IMG/VR virus record: IMGVR_UViG_3300046323_000419
Span: 36,364-100,363 of that record
From: a virus
Reading direction: 5' to 3' (one strand)
Length of the DNA: 64,000 bases
The notes under the pieces were generated by a model that was not told the origin of the DNA, made no database searches, and saw nothing but the letters and a program-made list of their open reading frames with translations. Of this stretch, positions 42,208 to 51,559 are shown one piece after another (within the stretch, counting starts at the first letter, position 1; each line of letters begins with the position of its first letter). A program made the translations under genes and the position numbers.

Positions 42208-45200
42208 ATGAGTTGTAAAGATAAACAAAAATTTAAAACCTCGGAAGCCTCATCAAAGGCTTCCATGAGGTCTAAAGGAGCTATTGATAAATTTTTAAAT
42301 ATATTAGATATTAATGTATTTAACAAACTTAATAAAAAATGGACTGTAGATGCTAAAGAGAGATTTAATATTGATGGTAACCTATTTCGTAATGATGACG
42401 GTAAAGCCACCCCTAATAAAGCTGCGTTTAAACAAATAGATGCTGTTAAAGGAATTATTTATCCTAATAAAATAGATTTCAACGATCTTATAGGGTCTAA
42501 AAAAAATGAATTAGTTTCTGACGAATCTCAAAAAACACCTTCTGTCGATAATAATTCTAATTTGGAATCAAATAAATCTATGTTATTTGGTAGTAAATCT
42601 TTAAAAGATTCTTTTACTTCAACAGAAGTGTTACAAAATATTATAGATTCTAATTTAGATTTATCAGATTCCGCACTAGATTTAGTTGGAAAAGCTACAA
42701 AATTATTAAGAAATTCTAGAACTAGAGTTAAAATAATTAGTCAAGAACAGTTTGATAAAATGACTAAAAATTCTAAAGGTAAAGGTACCGCTGTAATGGC
42801 TTATAATTACGATTTAGGAAGTGTCATTTATATGCCAGAAAGTTCATTAACTAATTTTTCAAATGTTGAAATTGTAAGTTCATTTTTGCACGAAGTTGCT
42901 CACGAATTAAGTCTTAAGGCTGTTCTAGATCCAAAAACTATGGCTGAAAAGTCATTTAATGAATTTATTACAAAAGCTTTTGAACAGTATGAATATTTAG
43001 GAAAAGGTTTAAATAAAAGTGATAGTTATGGTTTTACAAATGTTCAAGAATTTGTAGCAGAATTATATTCTAATGATAAATTTCAAGAAGAAATTAAAAA
43101 TTTAGATAAAAACTTTTGGCAAAGATTTATAACTGAACTTAGAAGATTAGTAGGATTACCAAAATCTTTACAAAATGATAATTTAATTGAAAGTTTATTA
43201 TTAATTAAAACTGTCGAAGATTTTGTAAATGATAATGAAATTCAACTTAATAATCATAAAATCACAACTTCAGAAAGTAATAAAGTTTTATTAAAAAGAA
43301 TTGAAAGTGATTCACAATATAGTAGTTTAGAATCTAAATTAGATAATTTTATTGATAAAGCTAAAAAAGCAATGCAAGTTATTCAAGAAAAAACTATTAG
43401 ATCTAATAGAAAAAAATCTACTGAATCTAAAGAGGATCGTATTAGAGAAAATAAAGAATTAATAGATACTTTAAATAAATACGAAAAATCTCAAAAATGG
43501 AAAGCTATAATAGGTTATACACAATCTTTTAATAACACTATTAATCACGTTGAAAAATTATTAAATAATTTATTAAATACTAAAAATATTTATGAAGATA
43601 AACTCGATGATGTAATCAAATCATATAAAGATTATTTATCAGCTTATGATTTACTTCCTGAAATTAAAGAGTTGATGAGTCAAGCTGATTTAAAACAATT
43701 TGAATTAACTGAAGAAGAATTAGAAGATTATCAACAAATAAAAAATTTTTTAACTAAAGCTAAAGAAAAACATGATGCTATTGAAAGTAAATTTTTAGCA
43801 ATTAGCAAAGCTCAAATATTACAAGATTTTAGCAACCCGTTATATAATACAGAAGTTGAAACTAAACAACGTAATGAATTAATTAAAGAATATAATAGTT
43901 TATCTGATAAAGGTGGGTTAACTGTAGATCAATATATATCTAAAATGTTAAATACTAGAGACTTAGATGATTATAAAGCTGATTTAAAAGCATCTGCAGA
44001 AAAGATATTAAATGACCCATCACAAGATATTAGTGGTTTTTCAGCTAAATATGAAGATAATTTAAATACTAAAAGTAAATTTATTCAAGTTGTTAATCAA
44101 ATATTAATTGAATCTTTTGATAAAGTTAAAAGTTTAACTGTTGCAAAAGTTCATCAAATGGCTAAAACTTTTGATAAATTTATTAAAGAAAAGGGTAATG
44201 TTAAATTATCAGAACTTAATAAAAATTTAATTGAAAGAGATTCAGAAGGTAATGTTTATTTAAAAGGTAAATATAGTATTAAATTTAAAGAATCTTTTAC
44301 TAAACTTTTAAATAATATTGAAGATTCTTATGAAAATAGTTTTAAAAAATTACAAGTTCAAGATATTAATTTAGACTCTTTAAGAAAAGATAAGAAAACT
44401 ATTTCTTTACGTAAATCTGGCGAACATAATTTCATTGATAATGATATAGCTGTAGTTACTGTTAATGGTATTAATACTGGTATAAAAGTTCAAATAGATC
44501 AACTTAAAACTTTTAGTAACTTTAATAGTTTAAGTGATGAACGTAAAAATGATTTTGCAAAAGCAGTAGGTAATTATAAAGATTTTGAAGATTTTAAAAA
44601 TTCAAATGATTATGCCAAAGAAGATTCTAAAAAATCTCAAATGTATCCTGAAATTTATAATTTTATAAATAATTCTGGTTCAATGGATATTATATCCTAT
44701 GTTAAAGTAGAAGAAGATTCTAAAACATCTACTACATTTAAAAATAGGAATAAAATGTATAAAGCTTGGTTTAAAGAAAATACTATTAAAAATGAAAAAG
44801 GTAAAACAATACCAAATCCAAAATTTTTAAATAAAGAATTAATTGGAATTGAAAAAGAAGTTTTAGATAATTATATTAAAATTAATCAAGAAAACGATAA
44901 TATTGAAGGTTTTGATTCATTAATAACTAATATCATTGGTGCTGAATTTCATAAATTACCATCTCAAAGTAAATCTGATTTAGAAAGAGCTTTGGAGTTA
45001 GATATTAAAGGTTTAACTAAAGATAAATGGAATGATTTAACTAAAGTTAGAACTGATGATATTGGTATTGAAACTGGTAATGAGAATAAAAATAGTCAAG
45101 GTGAAATTATAAGACGTGTTAAAACAGCTTATAGAGGTAAAATTGACCCTAAAGAACAATCTTTAGATTTAGAAACAATGTTTAGAAATGAATATTGGAA

Positions 45201-46755
45201 TGGTCAAAACTTTAAGGAAAAAAGTAGACTTGAACCTAAGTTATTAATGATTACAGATATTGCTTTAAATAATGACTATTATACTGGTAAAAATAAAGAT
45301 GTTGTTCCAGGTTTAAGTAATACTTATAATAGACTTGTAGGTATTATGGAGCGTAATGTTTACGATATTATGAGTAAACACGGTGGTAATTGGGGTCAAG
45401 TTGATATTAATAAAGTTACAAATGCTTTAAATGGGTATGCTGCAAGTTTAGCTATGACACTTAACAAAGCTGCAAGTTTTACAAACGTTACTGGTGGTTT
45501 AACAGATATTTTTATAGAAGCTGTTGGAAGTCATAGATTTAATGTTGCAACTTTTGCTAAAGCTGAAGTTAAATACACAAAAGAATTACCTAATTTACTT
45601 TTAGATACAACTAAATCTGTTAAAACTTCTTATTTTAATCAACTTCTCGATATGTTTGATGTAATGGGTGGTCTTGGTCAAAATGAACAAGAAGCATTGC
45701 GTAATAATATACTTAGAAAATTTGGAACTACTCAATCTGGTAATATTTTAAATGATATGGGTGAACATGCAATGCATTCAATACTTACACAGTCTATATT
45801 AGATGGTATTAAAGCAATGGATGAAAATAACAATTATTTAGATAAAGATGGTAATGTTACAACTGAAACTAAAGGTGCGTCATTGGCAGATATGTTATAT
45901 TTTGATAATGAAGGTATATTAAAAATGAATTCTAAAGTTGCTTATTCTGGATTTAATTTAACTACTAAATATCACGAAGGTGGTAAATCTCAAGTCAATG
46001 CTTTAATTAAACATAAAGTAATGAATTTATTTGGTGTATATGATATTAAATATCAAAGTGAGTTTTCTAAAACAGTTGCTGGTAAATGGGTAATGTTGTT
46101 TAAAAAATTCTTTTTAAGTAAAGCGGCTTATAGATACACAGGATTTACAACTTCTTATAAAAAGAAATCTGAATTAACAGAAGATGATAGATTTTATAAT
46201 TCTGCTGAAAAAGAATATATTGAAGGTACTTATACTACATTAGTAAGATTTTTAAGAGAAACAGGTATTCCTAATTTACAAATGTTACAAACAATGTATA
46301 TGAATTGGAAAAATCTTAGTGAATATGAAAAATCTAATCTTAAAAAAGCTACTATGGAAATAATGTTAACGTCTGTTATATTACCATCGTTAGGTTTATT
46401 AATGGCTGGTATGGATGATGACGATGACGAAAACAATTTATTGTGGTTTTTCATATACGTAAATAGACGATTAACTAGAGAACTTGCTCAATTTAGAAAT
46501 CCGTTAGAGGCTGCTAAAATGATTGCAAATCCAGTTGCAGGTATTAGATTTATTCAAAATGGATTAAATTTTATATATGATGTTACAACACCAGTTAATT
46601 TTGTTCCAGGTGAAAATGAATCTGTATTTGGATATTTAGATGAAAATTCTAAAGGTGAAAATAAAATGTGGAATCACGCAAAAAAACTTGTTCCAATTAT
46701 ACCACAAATAGGTATTGATTATAAACAAAGATATGGTTTAGAATTTGCAAAATAA
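42208..46755 (+). CDS. Giant virion cargo protein with zincin metallopeptidase-like motif
   Basis: 1515 aa; FLHEVAH..QEFVAE; C-terminal hydrophobic segments; last gene of the late arm. Confidence 0.75.
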   Translation: MSCKDKQKFKTSEASSKASMRSKGAIDKFLNILDINVFNKLNKKWTVDAKERFNIDGNLFRNDDGKATPNKAAFKQIDAVKGIIYPNKIDFNDLIGSKKNELVSDESQKTPSVDNNSNLESNKSMLFGSKSLKDSFTSTEVLQNIIDSNLDLSDSALDLVGKATKLLRNSRTRVKIISQEQFDKMTKNSKGKGTAVMAYNYDLGSVIYMPESSLTNFSNVEIVSSFLHEVAHELSLKAVLDPKTMAEKSFNEFITKAFEQYEYLGKGLNKSDSYGFTNVQEFVAELYSNDKFQEEIKNLDKNFWQRFITELRRLVGLPKSLQNDNLIESLLLIKTVEDFVNDNEIQLNNHKITTSESNKVLLKRIESDSQYSSLESKLDNFIDKAKKAMQVIQEKTIRSNRKKSTESKEDRIRENKELIDTLNKYEKSQKWKAIIGYTQSFNNTINHVEKLLNNLLNTKNIYEDKLDDVIKSYKDYLSAYDLLPEIKELMSQADLKQFELTEEELEDYQQIKNFLTKAKEKHDAIESKFLAISKAQILQDFSNPLYNTEVETKQRNELIKEYNSLSDKGGLTVDQYISKMLNTRDLDDYKADLKASAEKILNDPSQDISGFSAKYEDNLNTKSKFIQVVNQILIESFDKVKSLTVAKVHQMAKTFDKFIKEKGNVKLSELNKNLIERDSEGNVYLKGKYSIKFKESFTKLLNNIEDSYENSFKKLQVQDINLDSLRKDKKTISLRKSGEHNFIDNDIAVVTVNGINTGIKVQIDQLKTFSNFNSLSDERKNDFAKAVGNYKDFEDFKNSNDYAKEDSKKSQMYPEIYNFINNSGSMDIISYVKVEEDSKTSTTFKNRNKMYKAWFKENTIKNEKGKTIPNPKFLNKELIGIEKEVLDNYIKINQENDNIEGFDSLITNIIGAEFHKLPSQSKSDLERALELDIKGLTKDKWNDLTKVRTDDIGIETGNENKNSQGEIIRRVKTAYRGKIDPKEQSLDLETMFRNEYWNGQNFKEKSRLEPKLLMITDIALNNDYYTGKNKDVVPGLSNTYNRLVGIMERNVYDIMSKHGGNWGQVDINKVTNALNGYAASLAMTLNKAASFTNVTGGLTDIFIEAVGSHRFNVATFAKAEVKYTKELPNLLLDTTKSVKTSYFNQLLDMFDVMGGLGQNEQEALRNNILRKFGTTQSGNILNDMGEHAMHSILTQSILDGIKAMDENNNYLDKDGNVTTETKGASLADMLYFDNEGILKMNSKVAYSGFNLTTKYHEGGKSQVNALIKHKVMNLFGVYDIKYQSEFSKTVAGKWVMLFKKFFLSKAAYRYTGFTTSYKKKSELTEDDRFYNSAEKEYIEGTYTTLVRFLRETGIPNLQMLQTMYMNWKNLSEYEKSNLKKATMEIMLTSVILPSLGLLMAGMDDDDDENNLLWFFIYVNRRLTRELAQFRNPLEAAKMIANPVAGIRFIQNGLNFIYDVTTPVNFVPGENESVFGYLDENSKGENKMWNHAKKLVPIIPQIGIDYKQRYGLEFAK

Positions 46756-46775
46756 ATAAAGGGTCTTAAAAAAAT

Positions 46776-46819
46776 AAAGGCGATAACAAAACCGTAATTG
46801 GTAATGTTATCGCCTTTTT
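46776..46819. terminator. Bidirectional terminator between convergent genome arms
   Basis: AAAGGCGATAAC...GTTATCGCCTTT 12-bp stem with A-run and T-run on either side. Confidence 0.88.
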
Positions 46820-46823
46820 GTAT

Positions 46824-46967
46824 TTAATCTCCAAATGGAGTATCTACCCATTCATTACAATGAGGACAACTGTCTCCAGTATGAATGTCAACTTTTACTA
46901 TTTTATTACAATTTTCACATTCTGTTGCAATTGTACCTTCCTCTAAATCTAAACTTTCTAATATCAT
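46824..46967 (-). CDS. Small zinc-ribbon protein (47 aa)
   Basis: Read manually: MILESLDLEEGTIATECENC..CPHC..; CxxC..CxxC. Confidence 0.6.
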   Translation of the reverse strand: MILESLDLEEGTIATECENCNKIVKVDIHTGDSCPHCNEWVDTPFGD

Positions 46968-46969
46968 AA

Positions 46970-47149
46970 TTAAAAAGTCATAAATTCAGCATTAAATGGT
47001 ACAAATACTTTTTGATAAAAATATTCAGTTTCTTTACCATCAACTATTTCTCTAAATGCGTAAATCCATCCACCTGGAACTCTTAAAATATCTAAAAATT
47101 CATCAACCTTAAAATATTCTCCAAATTTTAATTTATATATTTCTTCCAT
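46970..47149 (-). CDS. Small hypothetical phage protein (59 aa)
   Basis: Read manually: MEEIYKLKFGE..LRVPGGWIY..VFVPF. Confidence 0.6.
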   Translation of the reverse strand: MEEIYKLKFGEYFKVDEFLDILRVPGGWIYAFREIVDGKETEYFYQKVFVPFNAEFMTF

Positions 47150-47152
47150 AAT

Positions 47153-47251
47153 TTAATTATGTGCTCTACAATAAGGATTACTACACGTTTCTGGATGTTG
47201 ATTACAGTGTTCATTATCACCATCATCTCTTAACATATCTTTTCTTTTCAT
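47153..47251 (-). CDS. Tiny Cys/His-rich protein (32 aa)
   Basis: MKRKDMLRDDGDNEHCNQHPETCSNPYCRAHN; fills the gap exactly. Confidence 0.4.
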   Translation of the reverse strand: MKRKDMLRDDGDNEHCNQHPETCSNPYCRAHN

Positions 47252-47252
47252 A

Positions 47253-47540
47253 TTAATTATTTTTTATAATTGTTGTTATATTCTTAGGTTTTTCAAAATA
47301 TTTCATAGCAATATAATGCATGCTAATACTTCCAATAACAGCACCTACTAAATAAGTAATCATTAGTATCCAATTATCAAAGTTAGTAACTACTTGTCTA
47401 ATTACCAATAACCAAATACCGTTTGACAATACTGAAGCAATTGTGTGGTATAATATACTATTTCTAGCTCTACTAACTAAAGTAAAACTTGCATTTTGTA
47501 GGATTGTTAATCCTAACATTATTAAAATTTGTTCTATCAT
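47253..47540 (-). CDS. Small multi-TM membrane protein
   Basis: Three hydrophobic segments; QNASFTLVSRARNS; start at MIEQ. Confidence 0.6.
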   Translation of the reverse strand: MIEQILIMLGLTILQNASFTLVSRARNSILYHTIASVLSNGIWLLVIRQVVTNFDNWILMITYLVGAVIGSISMHYIAMKYFEKPKNITTIIKNN

Positions 47541-47545
47541 ATATT

Positions 47546-48241
47546 TTATAAAAATAATCCATTTCGCCAATTTATTGTTGACATAATTTCAGGAAGTTCC
47601 TTTTCTAGTTCTTCACCAATTCTGGTAGCAATATCTCGTACCTCTTTTTGAGCATGTAAATCCATTCTTACATTTAAAAATCCTAACAAATCTCTTAATG
47701 TTCCAGTAATATGAATTGTAGTTTTAGTACATAAAGGTAATATATCTCTAGCACATTCTTTTGCAACACCTTGTAGTATAAGAGTATTATATAAAACTTC
47801 AGTAGCTGCTAAATATTCTTTAATCGCAGATTTTCCATTTTGAATATATGTTTCCCCATCATGTATTCCTCCCCAAATATAATCTTCCCATTCAGGATTA
47901 AATACTTCAGTACTACTTTGTCTATTAGTAGGATGTTCTTTACGTAATTCAATTTCTTCAAAACCTAATGGTTCAGCATATCTTAAACTCCATTCTTGAC
48001 CATTTAAACTTCTATGTCTAAATATTTGCGCAGATATACTACGTCTAGTTTCTATTTTAAATCCAAATGAAATATGTTGAAGTGGTGACCAGTGAGCATT
48101 GTCCATTAAATATTTAACAAGTTTACCACCATTTTCTTTTACTGTACCATGTCTAGCAATAGCTGCAATTATTTCATTATTATCTAATTTTTCATAACTA
48201 TTTAACCCAATAGTTTTTGATATTAACTCTACTTTACTCAT
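47546..48241 (-). CDS. thyX: Flavin-dependent thymidylate synthase
   Basis: HWSPLQH, QIFRHRS..EWSLRY, ECARDILP, R...HAQKEVR. Confidence 0.93.
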   Translation of the reverse strand: MSKVELISKTIGLNSYEKLDNNEIIAAIARHGTVKENGGKLVKYLMDNAHWSPLQHISFGFKIETRRSISAQIFRHRSLNGQEWSLRYAEPLGFEEIELRKEHPTNRQSSTEVFNPEWEDYIWGGIHDGETYIQNGKSAIKEYLAATEVLYNTLILQGVAKECARDILPLCTKTTIHITGTLRDLLGFLNVRMDLHAQKEVRDIATRIGEELEKELPEIMSTINWRNGLFL

Positions 48242-48368
48242 TAAATAATTTTCTTAATTGATCTTTTAAATTTTCAATAGAAATACATTCCACTTCATCA
48301 CCTTCTGTAGTTTCTAACCATTCTTTCCAAACATCAAGACTTTCTAAAAATTCTTCTGTTTTATTCAT
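48234..48368 (-). CDS. Small acidic hypothetical protein (44 aa)
   Basis: Read manually: MNKTEEFLESLDVWKEWLETTEGDEVECISIENLKDQLRKLFNE. Confidence 0.5.
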   Translation of the reverse strand: MNKTEEFLESLDVWKEWLETTEGDEVECISIENLKDQLRKLFNE

Positions 48369-48873
48369 ATCCTCTTTCACCATTATAGTAAATTAATTCT
48401 TTTAATGTTCTGGGTTTATATTTTATTACTTCCGCTGATACATTTATATATCTTTTATCTGGATAGGTATTTTCATGTACGTGACCGTGAATATTAAAAT
48501 CTAATCTATATTCAAATTCTTGGGGGTGAATAGGAATATGACTTAATAAAATATTACCGTATTCAGCTTCTTTAATTAATTTAGATGAGCAAACACTATT
48601 CACATAAGTTAATAATGATGGTACGTGTTGAGGTTCATCGTGATTTCCTAATATTATTTTTTTAATACCGTTTAAACGATCTAAATTGTAATAAGGAAAT
48701 GATTTTTCCATCGTTATATCTCCAAGAATCCAGGTTACATCTTTTTTATTAACAATTTTATTCCATTCATTAACAATATAATCATCCATTTCAAATTCAT
48801 CTTTAAATCCACGTCTTATCGCCATATTTCTATGAGAAAAATGTGGATCCGAATAATACCTAACTATTGACAT
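48361..48873 (-). CDS. Calcineurin-like metallophosphoesterase
   Basis: SDPHFSH, LGDI, LGNHD, SHIP, IHGHVH. Confidence 0.9.
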   Translation of the reverse strand: MSIVRYYSDPHFSHRNMAIRRGFKDEFEMDDYIVNEWNKIVNKKDVTWILGDITMEKSFPYYNLDRLNGIKKIILGNHDEPQHVPSLLTYVNSVCSSKLIKEAEYGNILLSHIPIHPQEFEYRLDFNIHGHVHENTYPDKRYINVSAEVIKYKPRTLKELIYYNGERGYE

Positions 48874-48875
48874 AA

Positions 48876-49226
48876 CTATATTTCTTTATAAGATATATCT
48901 TCTTCATACTCTTCAATTTTATCAATTATAGACGCTTTTTTTAATATTAAATATATTAAATTATCTCCAAACTTTTCTTCAACTGTTCCAATTTTAGGTA
49001 AAATACCATTTTCCAAATCATTAGTCATATCAGCAATGGATATTTCGTGTTTTAATAACATACCATCTAATACTTTTTCTCTAATTAATCCAGTAATTTT
49101 ACTACCTTGGTCAAAGTTGTGAAATGGATTCTGATTTCTACGATATTCCGTTCCTTTTTTAATTAAAACCTTCTTAATCTGATTTAAAGTTTCATCAACA
49201 ATTTGTTCAAATCTAATTTCTGTCAT
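48876..49226 (-). CDS. DUF1599 / nucleotide-modification-associated domain-like protein
   Basis: KKGTEY..PFHNF..KH..EKFGDNLIYLIL helical pattern. Confidence 0.55.
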   Translation of the reverse strand: MTEIRFEQIVDETLNQIKKVLIKKGTEYRRNQNPFHNFDQGSKITGLIREKVLDGMLLKHEISIADMTNDLENGILPKIGTVEEKFGDNLIYLILKKASIIDKIEEYEEDISYKEI

Positions 49227-49457
49227 TTATTCAAAAAATTTATCAATGTTTAATAATACTTTTTCATTTTTAGACTTTTGAATATTTAAAATTTCTACTT
49301 CAGTATTTAAAGATCTAATTTTGTCTAATCTATCTACAGCTTCTGTTTCAATTTCATTATTTACAGCAATAATGTCATTTTTTGTTTTCTCAAATATTGA
49401 GAAAATATTCTCACTTTTACTGATTAATGATTGTAATTTTGTTTTTCCTAATGTCAT
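49227..49457 (-). CDS. Hypothetical coiled-coil protein
   Basis: 76 aa ORF in tightly packed operon. Confidence 0.5.
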   Translation of the reverse strand: MTLGKTKLQSLISKSENIFSIFEKTKNDIIAVNNEIETEAVDRLDKIRSLNTEVEILNIQKSKNEKVLLNIDKFFE

Positions 49458-49458
49458 T

Positions 49459-49935
49459 TTATTTATTTAAATTGTTAATTCTTCTATTAAAATATTTTAA
49501 ATAGTCTTTATTTAATTTATCTAAACTATTATATTTTTCAAAGAATATAATAATATTTTTAATATGGTCAGTATCTAAATCTTTTAATAATTTAAATTTA
49601 GTTGTTTTACGTTGTTTACCATTTTTATAGTAATTAACTCCCCAAAATTTAATATCTTCAAATTTTATATAACCATTATCTATTAACCATCTATCTTCTT
49701 CAATATTCCAAATAATATTTTCAACTTCTTTGTCTACAAAACCCAAATTAGATAATAATTGTCCAAAACGACAATCAGGATATTTAACCCATTCTTTTTC
49801 AATTAATTCCCAATTTTGATGTATTATATTAATCGATTCTACTTTTTTAGTAGTTTTTGTATTTAAAAAATGATGTAAAATTTTATTTTTAAATAATAAT
49901 TTTAAACAAATTGGTATTCTTTTATGTTGTCTCAT
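49459..49935 (-). CDS. Hypothetical phage protein
   Basis: W.KYPDCRFGQLL and DLDTDHIKNII motifs. Confidence 0.55.
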   Translation of the reverse strand: MRQHKRIPICLKLLFKNKILHHFLNTKTTKKVESINIIHQNWELIEKEWVKYPDCRFGQLLSNLGFVDKEVENIIWNIEEDRWLIDNGYIKFEDIKFWGVNYYKNGKQRKTTKFKLLKDLDTDHIKNIIIFFEKYNSLDKLNKDYLKYFNRRINNLNK

Positions 49936-50129
49936 TTATTTAAATTCCCTCTATTTTGATGAACTTCTTTATTCATTATTTCATAATGTTTAGTTAAAAC
50001 ATCGTTTAATTTACTTTGACATTTATCACAATAAAACCTTTCTACTTTTTTACCAGTAGCCATTATTGTTCTACATTCATTGCAGATTGTAGCACCATTA
50101 CCGTTATTAAATTTATAAATTACTTTCAT
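49932..50129 (-). CDS. Small zinc-finger protein
   Basis: KFNNGNGATICNEC..YCDKC. Confidence 0.6.
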   Translation of the reverse strand: MKVIYKFNNGNGATICNECRTIMATGKKVERFYCDKCQSKLNDVLTKHYEIMNKEVHQNRGNLNK

Positions 50130-50130
50130 A

Positions 50131-50349
50131 TTATTTAATATTTTCTAGTGGATAAGCGTTTAAAATTGAATTATCATAATTTCCTTCACAATCAAAATCT
50201 ATTGCTATTTCTTCAGCTTTTTTTAAAGCTTTTGTAATATGTAATTTAGTAAATTCAATTGCAATATTTAAGTAATTTGAATGCGTATTATTAACTCCCT
50301 TTTGAATATGTTGTTCAAAAAATTCTTCTATTGTTAGTATGTTTTTCAT
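50131..50349 (-). CDS. Hypothetical protein, paralog of neighbour
   Basis: IEFTKLHITKALKKA..SILNAYPLENIK. Confidence 0.6.
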   Translation of the reverse strand: MKNILTIEEFFEQHIQKGVNNTHSNYLNIAIEFTKLHITKALKKAEEIAIDFDCEGNYDNSILNAYPLENIK

Positions 50350-50634
50350 TTATTTAATGTTTTTTAAAGAATAACTATTTAAAATAGAATGTTCATTAAC
50401 AACTATTTCATATTCATCTTTATCACTTGGAATTGTTGTATAACTTTTAACTGTCAAACCACCTTCTCCACAAAATACTTGAATTTTAGCTTTTTCACTA
50501 GCTTCTTTTAAAGCTGCTTCTACATGTAATTTTGCAAATTCAATCATTGCTTCTAAAGCGTCGTGTTTTGAAACTGTAGAATAATCTTTATCGTAAGTTT
50601 CTTTTCCTGTTAATATTAATTTTGCTGTTATCAT
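50350..50634 (-). CDS. Hypothetical protein, paralog of neighbour
   Basis: IEFAKLHVEAALKEA..SILNSYSLKNIK; start placed at MITAK. Confidence 0.6.
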   Translation of the reverse strand: MITAKLILTGKETYDKDYSTVSKHDALEAMIEFAKLHVEAALKEASEKAKIQVFCGEGGLTVKSYTTIPSDKDEYEIVVNEHSILNSYSLKNIK

Positions 50635-50635
50635 A

Positions 50636-51361
50636 TCATCTAATTTTTTTAATAAATCCATCAATTCCAAAATTATGAATTAAACCAGGATTACCCTCTT
50701 TCACTAAACTATAACTATTATAATCTGGATTAATAAATTTACTTTTATTATTTAAATACATTTCATAAAAATCAATACAAGGTTTTTTCATCATAGAGTC
50801 AGCATTAATGAATGGTATGTTTTCTTTAAGGTTATCAATAGTGAGTTTATTTTCTGTTAAATCAATATTAAAATAACATCTAATCAATAATGTATAAACA
50901 CTAATTAATGGTGTTGATTTAACCCAAAATTTAGAACATTTTATAATTAGTGCATTTTCATCTAATTCAATTTTTGTTTTAATTTTAATATTTAAATCTG
51001 TTTCAATTTTATTTAAAAATATTTCTAAATGTATATAATTATTAATTAATATGTCTTGAAGTTCGTCAAGTTTATTATATACACCATCATTTCTATTATA
51101 ATCTAAAGCTTTTACACCAAAATATACAACATTTTTCTTATTAAAACAGTTTAATAATTTATGGTTATATCCATATATTTTACCTATTTCTTTCTTAGTA
51201 GATTCTACATAAGCAAAATCATTTAAATAATCTCTACAAGCTGTAAATGGCAAATAGGTTTCAAATTTACCACCTATTTTATTTAAAATAGTAAATCCTA
51301 CACCATAATTTCTACCTTCATTAAGTTTAGATCTTTCTTGTAATTCTTTAATTTTTTTCAT
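50636..51361 (-). CDS. Hypothetical protein
   Basis: 241 aa; PFTACRDYLND motif. Confidence 0.55.
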   Translation of the reverse strand: MKKIKELQERSKLNEGRNYGVGFTILNKIGGKFETYLPFTACRDYLNDFAYVESTKKEIGKIYGYNHKLLNCFNKKNVVYFGVKALDYNRNDGVYNKLDELQDILINNYIHLEIFLNKIETDLNIKIKTKIELDENALIIKCSKFWVKSTPLISVYTLLIRCYFNIDLTENKLTIDNLKENIPFINADSMMKKPCIDFYEMYLNNKSKFINPDYNSYSLVKEGNPGLIHNFGIDGFIKKIR

Positions 51362-51557
51362 TTATTTTTCGTTCTCTATTCATAATATAAACATCCATTT
51401 CAGATTTAGTTCCTTTATATCCTGTAACAGGATGATAAAATTGTTCTTCTTTTTCTCGATAATCTTTACGCCAATTTAAATCATCATTTTCTAAATCTTC
51501 ATCATTTTTGTTAAAAGCAATTAAAAATATAAAAAATAATATAACTAATATTTCCAT
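51348..51557 (-). CDS. Small membrane-anchored protein
   Basis: N-terminal hydrophobic helix ILVILFFIFLIAF. Confidence 0.5.
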   Translation of the reverse strand: MEILVILFFIFLIAFNKNDEDLENDDLNWRKDYREKEEQFYHPVTGYKGTKSEMDVYIMNRERKINEKN

Positions 51558-51559
51558 TT

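Noticed and set aside
184-46454. Short minus-strand and alternate-frame ORFs inside long + strand genes (e.g. 184-459, 7479-7880, 36394-36765, 40802-41161, 11741-11935)
   Set aside because: Shadow ORFs fully overlapping well-supported genes, with no recognisable motifs.
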